NCBI GenBank assembly: GCA_040954595.2
Contig: JBECUI020000027.1
Location: 124,001-188,000 of the forward strand
Direction of reading: 5' to 3'
DNA: 64,000 bases
Source of the DNA: Balanoglossus misakiensis
Lineage: Eukaryota; Animalia; Hemichordata
A program made the position numbers and the translations under genes. The notes beneath the pieces were generated by a model that worked only from the letters and a program-made list of their open reading frames with translations, was not told the origin of the DNA and made no database searches. The first letter of the stretch is position 1. Each line of letters opens with the position of its first letter. Shown here piece after piece: positions 11,127 through 21,942 of the stretch.

Positions 11127-11797
11127 GCCTTAAGGGTTGGCGGGCCCTACCTCCCGGGCCGCCAGGGGCTAAACCGAACCACACAGCCTCGGGGACGACG
11201 CCTCATGAAGCGGCACCGACATCGCTGGACCGACACAGGCGGGGCCTTAAAGTCTAGTGCCCACTACCCCCCGGGCCGCCAGGGGATAAACCGAACCACA
11301 CAGCCTCGGGGACGACGCCTCATGAAGCGGCACCAGCATCGCTGGACCGAAACAAGCGGGGCCTTAAAGTTTAGTGCCCCCGGGCTGCCGGGGCTAAACC
11401 GAACCACACAGCCTCGGGGAGGCCGCCTCACGAAGCGGCACCAGCATCGCTGGACCGACACAGGCGGGACCTTAAAGTTTAGTGCCCCCGGGCCCCGCCG
11501 GGGCTAAACCGAGCCACACAGCCTCGGGGAGGCCACCTCCCGAAGCGGCACCGGCATCGCTGGACCGACACAGCCGGGGCCTTAAAGTTTAGTGCCCCCG
11601 GGCCCCGCCGGGGCTAAACCGAGCCACACAGCCTCGGGGACAACGCCTCCAGAAGCGGCACCGGCATCGCTGGACCGACACAGCCGGGGCCTTAAAGTTT
11701 AGTGCCCCCGGGCCGCCGGGGCTAAACCGAGCCACACAGCCTCGGGGAGGCCGCCTCACGAAGCGGCACCGGCATCGCTGGACCGACACAGGCGGGG
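11127..11797. repeat. ~110 bp intergenic repeat, 6 units
   Basis: Unit starts ~11127, 11244, 11361, 11469, 11579, 11688. Confidence 0.85.
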
Positions 11798-11804
11798 CTC
11801 TTGT

Positions 11805-13386
11805 CTATTCGGTTAGATAATCGCTTTCTCCCGTGTAGTTTACCGCCTTTACCCGGTATGTTAATCCCTGCCATTTCTGCACGTCATGAAAGCTAAGATC
11901 CTGAGTATACTCACCTTCAGCGTTATATGCCGACACAACACCAAGGCTCAGCCAGGACTCCCCTCCGTCTCTGCTGTACTCCACGACATAGCCCGAAGGC
12001 GCATCGGTATCCACCGTGATGGCGTTAGTAGAATAGGGTGTGTAGACTGTTCTTTGGTTAAGAGATGAAGCTGTCCAACTCAACTGGTAACCGTTGTTGT
12101 AATTCACTCCTAAACCGCTCGGCGACGGGGGAACTAAGGGACTCGTATAGATACTGTATAAGAAGTTAGCACTCCGCCCTGCAAAAAATAAGTTTGCAAA
12201 TAGGTTAAATCTATAAGCAAAATTGGGTAAATCTTCACTGTGGACGACATTACTATCATCTTCTAAAATTTTAGTGCCACTATCTTGACTCCCCAAATCT
12301 TTCCAATAGATATACTCACTGGCAGAATAGGCATCGACCCGTTGCTGACTAGCAAGAGTACGGGGAGTCGCTCCATTGTCCAAGCTTTCTTTTGCATCAA
12401 AAAATCGGAAATTATAGATGACGGCATCGGCATTCGGCCCCCCTGTAAATCCCTTTGTTACCCCAAAATTCCATATCATATCGGTAATGCTAGGGGCCAA
12501 TGTCTCCACCGTCAATCGAGCATAGGCAGGAGCATAATTGAGGCCGAGCCAGGGCTTTGTGTATTCCTTTGTTAGTCCATAGTAGTCTCCTGTAGTTCCA
12601 GCTAAGGAAAGGTTTAGTCTTGCGGCATAGGTGGAAACCTTAAGGGATGCAGAAGTTTGCGTTTCTCCTTGGGAGTTTTTGGAAACTATCCTGTAGTGAT
12701 ATTGCGTTCCCGCCTGTAGTGAATCATCTTCATACGTTTCTGCAGAAAGATTCTCAGCCAGGGTTTCCCACGTTGTGCCATCTGCAGAGCGTTCCACGGC
12801 GTAACTTGAGGTACTTGCGTCTATGCTCCGCCAGGCTATTTTTACCTGATCAGCGCTTACGAACATGGGCTGGAGACCGACCACGGGTAAGAACTGCGCT
12901 GGGGTAAAAACTTTGATACTCTTTAACGTGTAGGTACTTTCCTCTCCATTCTCAGCAGTGATGATAATCGTGTAGCTTTGGTCATTATCTGAAAAGTCAA
13001 AACGATATTGGTTGGAGCTAATGATTTCGTCATTGATAGATAGCGTGGCCTTCTGCGAGATATCAAAGATCAAAACAACATGGGTGGCTGTGGCTTCATC
13101 AGTGCGGCTAAGGGTGATGGTTTTGCTTGTTTCATCAAGTTCTACTCTGACGCCAAGGGTGTCGCTTTGGGGGGCGACCGTGTTAATGAAAGATTGATCC
13201 GACTTAGGTAGGTCACAGGAGAAAAAAACCATGACTATTCCGAGTACAAGAGAGGCAAAACTGAGCTGGGGCCGGATTAACTTAGATAACGATCTTCGTG
13301 CGCGTGGATGGGGTGAGTGAGTGAGTGAGTGAGTGAGTGAGTGAGTTTTTACTCACTTCACAGCCGTTTTGATGGATATGTTTCAT
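11805..13386 (-). CDS. Array A copy A5, variable FN3 lipoprotein; (ACTC)8, OFF
   Basis: Body ORF 11805-13232; true ATG 13386, offset 154 nt. Confidence 0.9.
13315..13346. repeat. (GAGT)8 SSR
   Basis: Counted directly. Confidence 0.97.
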
Positions 13387-13668
13387 TGCATTTTCCTCAT
13401 CTTATATAGAATTTATTCCAGGGTAAGCCAAGTACCCTTTAACCTTGATAGTTTAACACAGTTATTGCTGCTTATCTACACCCTTTCCTTGTTTGTCTAT
13501 TTTTTTGCTCCTAGGGGGGGGATAGTGCGGAGCCTAGTTTATGGTTCAATCGGCCTAGGATTCCTGAACTTGTCTGAACCTTTTTAAAAAGGCAGCACCT
13601 AAGCGATGTCTTGGGGGAAGCGATTGGTTATTCTTAGGCCGATTCCGCCATCTGGAGGCTGGGGCGGG

Positions 13669-14248
13669 GCCTTAAGGTTAGGATGGGCCTTACCCCCCGG
13701 GCCGCCAGGGGCTAAACCGAGCCACACAGCCTCGGGGACGACGCCTCACGGAGCGGCACCAGCATCGCTGGACCGAAGCAGGCGGGGCCTTAAAGTTTAG
13801 TGCCCACTACCTCCCGGGCCACTGGGAGCTAAACCGAAGACCACAGCCCCGGGGAGGCCGCCTCACGAAGCGGCACCGGCATCGCTGGACCGAAACAGGC
13901 GGGGGCCTTAAAGTTTAGTGCCCCCGGGCTGCCGGGACTAAACCGAGCCACACAGCCTCGGGGACGACGCCTCACGAAGCGGCACTGGCATCGCTGGATC
14001 GAAACAGGCGGGGGCCTTAAAGTTTAGTGCCACCTACCTCCCGGGCCCGCTGGGGCTAAACCGAACCACACAGCCCAGGGGAGACAACATCACGAAGCGG
14101 TACCGGCATCGCTGGACCGACACAGGCGGGGCCTTAAAGTATAGTGCCACCTACCTCCCGGGCCCGCCGGGGCTAAACCGAGCCACACAGCCTCGGGGAG
14201 GCCGCCTCACGAAGCGGCACCGGCATCGCTGGACCGAAACAGGCGGGG
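13669..14248. repeat. ~110 bp intergenic repeat, 5 units
   Basis: Unit starts ~13669, 13786, 13905, 14014, 14131. Confidence 0.85.
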
Positions 14249-14255
14249 CTCTTGT

Positions 14256-15853
14256 CTATTCGGTTAGATAATCGCTTTCTCCCGTGTAGTTTACTGCCTT
14301 TACCCGGTATATCAATCCCTGCCATTTCTGCACGTCATGAAAGCTAAGCTCCTGAGTATACTCACCTTCAGCGTTATATGCCGACACAACACCAAGGCTC
14401 AGCCAGGACTCCCCTCCATCTCTGCTGTACTCCACGACATAGCCCGAGGGTGCGTCGGTATCCACTGTGATGGCGTTACTAGAATAGGGTGTGTAGACTG
14501 TTCTTTGGTTAAGAGATGAAGCTGTCCAACTCAACTGGTAACCGTTGTTGTAATTCACACCTAAACCGCTTGGCGACGGGGGAGCTAAGGGACTCGTATA
14601 GATACTGTATAAGAAGTTAGCACTCCGCCCTGCCAAAAATAAGTTTACAAATAGGTTAAATCTATAGGCAAAATTTGGTAAATCTTCACTTTGGATGACA
14701 TTACTCCCATCTTCTAAAATATTAGCACCACTCACTCGACTCCCAAAATCTTTCCAATAGATATACTCACTGGCAGAATAGGCATCGACCCGTTGCTGGA
14801 GAGCAAGAGTACGGGAAGTCGCTCCATTGACCAAGCTTTCTTTTGCATCAAAAAATTTCAATATATAAGTGAGGGCATCGACATGCGGCCCCCCTGTAAA
14901 TCCCTTTGTTACCCCAAAATTCCATATCATATCGGTAATGCTGGGGGCCAATGTCTCCACCGTCAATCGAGCATAGGCAGGAGCATAATCGAGGCCGAGC
15001 CAGGGCTTTGTGTATTCCTTTGTTAGTCCATAGGGGCGTGCTGTAGTTCCAACTAAGGAAAGGTTTAGTCTTGCGGCATAGGTGGAAACCTTAAGGGATG
15101 CAGAAGTTTGTGTTTCTCCTTGGGAGTTTTTGGAAACTATCCTGTAGTGATATTGCGTTCCCGACTGTAGTGAATCATCTTCATACGTTTCTGCAGAAAG
15201 ATTCTCAGCCAGGGTTTCCCACCTTGTAGCGTCTACAGAGCGTTCAACGGCGTAACTTGAGGTGCTTGCGTCTATGCTCCGCCAGGCTATTTTTATCTGA
15301 TCAGCGCTTACGAACATGGGCTGGAGACCGACCACGGGTAAGAACTGCGCTGGGGTAAAAACTTTGATACTCTTTAACGTGTAGGTGCTTTCCTCTCCAT
15401 TCTCAGCAGTGATGATAATCGTGTAACTTTGGTCATTATCTGAAAAGTCAAAACGATATTGGTTGGAGCTAATGATTTCGTCATTGATAGATAGCGTGGC
15501 CTTCTGCGAGATATCAAAGATCAAAACAACATGGGTGGCTGTGGCTTCATCAGTGCGGCTAAGGGTGATGGTTTTGCTTGTTTCATCAAGTTCTACGGTG
15601 ACGCCAAGGGTGTCGCTTTGGGGTGCGACCGTGTTAATGAAAGATTGATCCGACTTAGGCAGGTCACAGGAGAAAAAAACCATGACTATTCCGAGAACAA
15701 GAGAGGCAAAACTGAGCTGGGGCCGGATTAACTTAGATAACGATCTTCGTGCGCGTGGATGGGGTGAGTGAGTGAGTGAGTGAGTGAGTGAGTGAGTGAG
15801 TGAGTGAGTGAGTTTTTACTCACTTCACAGCCGTTTTGATGGATATGTTTCAT
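14256..15853 (-). CDS. Array A copy A6, variable FN3 lipoprotein; (ACTC)12, OFF
   Basis: Body ORF 14256-15683; true ATG 15853, offset 170 nt. Confidence 0.9.
15766..15813. repeat. (GAGT)12 SSR
   Basis: Counted directly. Confidence 0.97.
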
Positions 15854-16134
15854 TGCATTTTCCTCATCTTATATAGAATTTATTTCAGGGTAAACCAAGT
15901 ACCCTTTAACCTTGATAGTTTAACACAGTTATTGCTGCTTATCTACACCCTTTCCTTGTTTGTCTATTTTTTTGCTCCTAGGGGGGGATAGTGCGGAGCC
16001 TAGTTGATGGTTCAATCGGCCTAGGCTTCCTGAACTTGCCTGAACCTTTTTAAGAAGGCAGCACCTAAGCGATGTCTTGGGGGAAGCGATTGGTTATTCT
16101 TAGGCCGATTCCGCCATCTGGAGGCTGGGGCGGG

Positions 16135-16708
16135 GCCTTAAAGTTTAGTGCCCACTACCTCCCGGGCCCGCCGGGGCTAAACCGAAGACCACAGCCTCGG
16201 GGACGACGCCTCACGAAGCGGCACCAGCATCGCTGGACCGAAGCAGGCGGGGCCTTAAAGTTTAGTGCCCCGGGCTGCCGGGGCTAAACCGAGCCACACA
16301 GCCTCGGGGAGGCCGCCTCACGAAGCGACACCAGCATCGCTGGACCGAAGCAGGCGGGGCCTTAAAGTTTAGTGCCCACTACCCCCCGGGCCGCCGGGGC
16401 TAAACCGAAGACCACAGCCTCGGGGACGATGCCTCACGAAGCGACACCGGCATCGCTGGACCGAAGCAGGCGGGGCCTTAAAGTTTAGTGCCCACTACCC
16501 CCCGGGCCGCCGGGGCTAAACCGAGCCACACAGCCTCGGGGACGCCGACTCCCGAAGCGGCACCAGCATCGCTGGACCGAAGCAGGCAGGGCCTTAAAGT
16601 TTAGTGCCCACTACCCTCCGGGCCGCCAGGGGCTAAACCGAACCACACAGCCTCGGGGACGACGCCTCCCGAAGCGACACCGGCATCGCTGGACCGACAC
16701 AGGCGGGG
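16135..16708. repeat. ~110 bp intergenic repeat, 5 units
   Basis: Unit starts ~16135, 16252, 16359, 16475, 16591. Confidence 0.85.
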
Positions 16709-16715
16709 CTCTTGT

Positions 16716-18310
16716 CTATTCGGTTAGATAATCGCTTTCTCCAGTGTAGTTTACCGCCTTTACCCGGTATATCAATCCCTGCCATCTCTGCACGTCATGA
16801 AAGCTAAGCTCCTGAGTATACTCACCTTCAGCGTTATATGCCGACACAACACCAAGGCTCAGCCAGGACTCCCCTCCGTCTCTGCTGTACTCCACGACAT
16901 AGCCCGAAGGCGCATCGGTATCCACCGTGATGGCGTTACTAGAATAGGGTGTGTAGACTGTTCTTTGGTTAAGAGATGAAGCTGTCCAACTCAACTGGTA
17001 ACCGTTGTTGTAATTCACACCTAAACCGCTCGGCGACGGGGGAACTAAGGGACTCGTATAGATACTGTATGAGAAATAAGCATTCGTCCCTGCAAAAAAT
17101 AAGTTTACAAATAGGTTAAATCTATAAGCAAAATTGGGTAAATCTTCACTTTGGATGACATTACTCTCATCTTCTAAAATATTAGTGCCAATATGTGGAA
17201 TCTCAAAATCTTTCCAATAGATATACTCACTGGCAGAATAGGCATCGACCCGTTGCTGGGTAGCAAGACCACGGTAAGTCGCTCCATTAACCAAGCTTTC
17301 TTTTGCATCATAAAATTGGATTATATAGAGGAAGGCATCGGTATTCGGCCCCCCTGTAAATCCCTTTGTTACCCCAAAATTCCATATCATATCGGTAATG
17401 CTGGGGGCCAATGTCTCCACCGTCAATCGAGCATAGGCAGGAGCATAACTGGCATTCAGATCAGCGATCCAGGGCTGCGTGTATTCCTTTGTTAGTCCAT
17501 AGGTCCCTCCGATCCCTCCTCTTCCTCGAGAGTAAGTGGAAACCTTAAGGGGGGCCGAAGTTTGCGTTTCTCCTTGGGAGTTTGTGGAAACTATCCTGTA
17601 GTGATATTGCGTTCCCGACTGTAGTGAATCATCTTCATACGTTTCTGCAGAAAGATTCTCAGCCAGGGTTTCCCATGTTGTGCCGTCTGCAGAGCGTTCC
17701 ACGGCGTAACTTGAGGTACTTGCGTCTATGCTCCGCCAGGCTATTTTTATCTGATCAGCGCTTACAAACATGGGCTGGAGACCGACCACGGGTAAGAACT
17801 GCGCTGGGGTAAAAGCTTTGATACTCTTTAACGTGTAGGTGCTTTCCTCTCCATTCTCAGCAGTGATGATAATCGTGTAGCTTTGGTCATTATCTGAAAA
17901 GTCAAAACGATATTGGTTGGAGCTAATGATTTCGTCATTGATAGATAGCGTGGCCTTCTGCGAGATATCAAAGATCAAAACAACATGGGTGGCTGTGGCT
18001 TCACCAGTGCGGCTAAGGGTGATGGTTTTGCTTGTTTCATCAAGTTCTACGGTGACGCCAAGGGTGTCGCTTTGGGGTGCGACCGTGTTAATGAAAGATT
18101 GATCCGACTTAGGTAGGTCACAGGAGAAAAAAACCATGACTATTCCGAGAACAAGAGAGGCAAAACTGAGCTGGGGCCGGATTAACTTAGATAACGATCT
18201 TCGTGCGCGTGGAGGGGTGAGTGAGTGAGTGAGTGAGTGAGTGAGTGAGTGAGTGAGTGAGTGAGTGAGTTTTTACTCACTTCACAGCCGTTTTGATGGA
18301 TATGTTTCAT
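16716..18310 (-). CDS. Array A copy A7, variable FN3 lipoprotein; (ACTC)13, out of frame only through a 1-nt shorter adjacent G-run
   Basis: Body ORF 16716-18137; true ATG 18310, offset 173 nt; junction GGAGGGGT versus GGAGGGGGT in A0/A1. Confidence 0.88.
18219..18270. repeat. (GAGT)13 SSR
   Basis: Counted directly. Confidence 0.97.
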
Positions 18311-18592
18311 TGCATTTTCCTCATCTTATATAGAATTTATTTCAGGGTAAGCCAAGTACCCTTTAACCTTGATAGTTTAACACAGTTATTGCTGCTTATC
18401 TACACCCTTTCCTTGTTTGTCTATTTTTTTGCTCCTAGGGGGGGGATAGTGCGGAGCCTAGTTGATGGTTCAATCGGCCTAGGATTCCTGAACTTGCCTG
18501 AACCTTTTTAAAAAGGCAGCACCTAAGCGATGTCTTGGGGGAAGCGATTGGTTATTCTTAGGCCGATTCCGCCATCTGGAGGCTGGGGCGGG

Positions 18593-19388
18593 GCCTTAAG
18601 GGTTGGCGGGCCCTACCTCCCGGGCCGCCGGGGGGGCTAAACCGAAGACCACAGCCCCGGGGACGCCGACTCCAGAAGCGGCACCGGCATCGCTGGACCG
18701 AAACAGGCGGGGCCTTAAAGTTTAGTGCCCCCGGGCTGCCGGGGCTAAACCGAGCCACACAGCCTCGGGGACGACGCCTCCAGAAGCGGCACCAGCATCG
18801 CTGGACCGAAACAGGCGGGGCCTTAAAGTTTAGTGCCCACTACCCCCCAGGAGCTAAACCGAAGACCACAGCCTCGGGGACGACGCCTCACGAAGCGACA
18901 CCAGCATCGCTGGACCGACACAGACGGGGCCTTAAAGTTTAGTGCCACCTACCTCCCGGGCCGCCAGGGGCTAAACCGAACCACACAGCCTCGGGGACGA
19001 CGCCTCCAGAAGCGGCACCAGCATCGCTGGACCGAAACAGGCGGGGCCTTAAAGTTTAGTGCCCCCGGGCTGCCGGGGCTAAACCGAGCCACACAGCCTC
19101 GGGGACGACGCCTCCCGAAGCGGCACCGGCATCGCTGGACCGAAGCAGGCGGGGCCTTAAAGTTTAGTGCCCACTACCCTCCGGGCCCGCCGGGGCTAAA
19201 CCGAAGACCACAGCCTCGGGGACGACGCCTCACGAAGCGACACCAGCATCGCTGGACCGAAGCAGGCGGGGCCTTAAAGTTTAGTGCCCACTACCCTCCG
19301 GGCCGCCAGGGGCTAAACCGAACCACACAGCCTCGGGGACGACGCCTCTCGAAGCGGCACCGGCATCGCTGGACCGAAACAGGCGGAG
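18593..19388. repeat. ~110 bp intergenic repeat, 7 units
   Basis: Unit starts ~18593, 18712, 18820, 18929, 19046, 19154, 19271. Confidence 0.85.
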
Positions 19389-19395
19389 CTCTTGT

Positions 19396-21007
19396 CTATT
19401 CGGTTAGATAATCGCTTTCTCCAGTGTAGTTTACCGCCTTTACCCGGTATATCAATCCCTGCCATTTCTGCACGTCATGAAAGCTAAGCTCCTGAGTATA
19501 CTCACCTTCAGCGTTATATGCCGACACAACACCAAGGCTCAGCCAGGACTCCCCTCCGTCTCTGCTGTACTCCACGACATAGCCCGAAGGCGCATCGGTA
19601 TCCACCGTGATGGCGTTACTAGAATAGGGTGTGTAGACTGTTCTTTGGTTAAGAGATGAAGCTGTCCAACTCAACTGGTAACCGTTGTTGTAATTCACAC
19701 CTAAACCGCTCGGCGAAGGGGGAGCTAAGGGACTCGTATAGATACTGTATGAGCAATAAGCACTCTCCCCTGCAAAAAAGAAGTTTACAAATAGGTTAAA
19801 TCTATAAGCAAAATTGGGTAAATCTTCACTTTGGATGACATTACTCCCATCTTCTAAAATATTAGCACCACTCACTCGACTCCCAAAATCTTTCCAATAG
19901 ATATACTCACTGGCAGAATAGGCATCGACCCGTGTCTGGGTAGCAAGAGTACGGGAAGTCGCTCCATTAACCAAGCTTTCTTTTGCATCAAAAAAGCTGA
20001 ATACATAGAGGACGGAATCGGCAGCCGGACCCCCTGTAAATCCCTTTGTTACCCCAAAATCCCATATCATATCGGTAATGCTGGGGGCCAAGGTCTCCAC
20101 CGTCAATCGAGCATAGGCAGGAGCATAACTGACATTCATATCAGCGAACCAGGGCTGCGTGTATTCCTTTGTTAGTCCATAGGTCCCTTCGTGCCCTCCT
20201 CTTCCTCGAGAGTAAGTGGCAACCTTAAGGGGGGTCGAAGTTTGCGTTTCTCCCTGGGAGTTTTTGGAAACTATCCTGTAGTGATATTGCGTTCCCGCCT
20301 GTAGTGAATCATCTTCATACGTTTCTGCAGAAAGATTCTCAGCCAGGGTTTCCCACGTTGTAGCGTCTGCAGAGCGTTCAACGGCGTAACTTGAGGTACT
20401 TGCGTCTATGCTCCGCCAGGCTATTTTTATCTGATCAGCGCTTACGAACATGGGCTGGAGACCGACCACGGGTAAGAACTGTGCTGGGGTAAAAACTTTG
20501 ATACTCTTTAACGTGTAGGTACTTTCCTCTCCATTCTCAGCAGTGATGATAATCGTGTAGCTTTGGTCATTATCTGAAAAGTCAAAACGATATTGGTTGG
20601 AGCTAATGATTTCGTCATTGATAGATAGCGTGGCCTTCTGCGAGATATCAAAGATCAAAACAACATGGGCGGCTGTGGCTTCATCAGTGCGGCTAAGGGT
20701 GATGGTTTTGCTTGTTTCATCAAGTTCTACGGTGACGCCAAGGGTGTCGCTTTGGGGGGCGACCGTGTTAATGAAAGATTGATCCGACTTAGGCAGGTCA
20801 CAGGAGAAAAAAACCATGACTATTCCGAGAACAAGAGAGGCAAAACTGAGCTGGGGCCGGATTAACTTAGATAACGATCTTCGTGCGCGTGGATGGGGTG
20901 AGTGAGTGAGTGAGTGAGTGAGTGAGTGAGTGAGTGAGTGAGTGAGTGAGTGAGTGAGTGAGTGAGTTTTTACTCACTTCACAGCCGTTTTGATGGATAT
21001 GTTTCAT
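19396..21007 (-). CDS. Array A copy A8, variable FN3 lipoprotein; (ACTC)17, OFF
   Basis: Body ORF 19396-20817; true ATG 21007, offset 190 nt. Confidence 0.9.
20900..20967. repeat. (GAGT)17 SSR
   Basis: Counted directly. Confidence 0.97.
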
Positions 21008-21174
21008 TGCATTTTCCTCATCTTATATAGAATTTATTTCAGGGTAAGCCAAGTACCCTTTAACCTTGATAGTTTAACACAGTTATTGCTGCTTATCTAC
21101 ACCCTTTCCTTGTTTGTCTATTTTTTTGATCCTAGGGGGAGGATTGGTTCCAGGCTTCCGCCAGATAGAGTTCC

Positions 21175-21942
21175 TTAGACATCTAGTTCCCGCAAGAAGC
21201 CCTCGACGGCAGGCAGGCCCCCCCCTTCCAGGAGGCGGATAATATGGCTTCCTATAACGGTAATATCCACATAACCAGCAAGCTGCTTTATCTGTTCAGC
21301 AGAAGAAATACCAAATCCCCCGGCAATGGGTACTGAAATATGCTGTCTTAAGGACAAGAGAAAATCATAGAGAGAAGAATCCATAGTTCCCCTGGAACCC
21401 GTAATACCAACCTTTAGGGTGCTGTAGACCAAAAGCTTGCACAGAGGAGCAATAGCCTTAAGGCGGGAGGAGGAGGTCTGGGGCGAAACAACAGGAATTA
21501 CCGGCATGTTGCAGTTTTGGGCCTGCTCAAAAAAATCTTCTGCATCTTCGTCGTAGGGCAAATCCGGAATAATCATTCCCTGAGCCCCAGCATCAAGGCA
21601 CATGGCAATAAAGTTTCTGAAACCTGCTTTAAAAGGAATATTGGCGTAAGTCATGACCACGATGGGTATGGAGGATCGTTTGCTTACCTGGGAAATAAAA
21701 GCAAAGCTTCCCTCCACCGTCATCCCTCCCTCTAAGGCAAGGTGATTCGCTCTCATAATGGTAGGGCCATCACCCAGAGGATCCGAAAAGGGTATCTGAA
21801 CCTCTATGTAATCTACGCCACAGGAAAGCATCACATCAATGAGTTCCCTGCTCCTCTGCAAATTCGGATACCCTGCCACCAGGTGGGTCATGATCTTCAT
21901 TTTTTCTTTTTTATGAGCTGTTCTCTGAAACATCTTCCTCAT
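21175..21942 (-). CDS. trpA: Tryptophan synthase alpha chain
   Basis: AGYP, IEVQIPFSDPLGDGPTI, MTYAN, IIPDLP, GITG, GFGISS, GS motifs; ATGA overlap with trpB stop. Confidence 0.97.
   Translation of the reverse strand: MRKMFQRTAHKKEKMKIMTHLVAGYPNLQRSRELIDVMLSCGVDYIEVQIPFSDPLGDGPTIMRANHLALEGGMTVEGSFAFISQVSKRSSIPIVVMTYANIPFKAGFRNFIAMCLDAGAQGMIIPDLPYDEDAEDFFEQAQNCNMPVIPVVSPQTSSSRLKAIAPLCKLLVYSTLKVGITGSRGTMDSSLYDFLLSLRQHISVPIAGGFGISSAEQIKQLAGYVDITVIGSHIIRLLEGGGLPAVEGFLRELDV

Noticed and set aside
728-19388. ~110-bp repeat blocks as a CRISPR array
   Set aside because: Whole units are repeated with only small variants; there are no unique spacers, the unit is too long, and no cas genes are in the window
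18833-19411. Plus-strand Arg/Pro-rich ORFs across the repeat blocks (also 11205-11507, 665-859 and similar)
   Set aside because: They are by-products of GC-rich repeats; frames break at unit indels in other blocks and no RBS is evident
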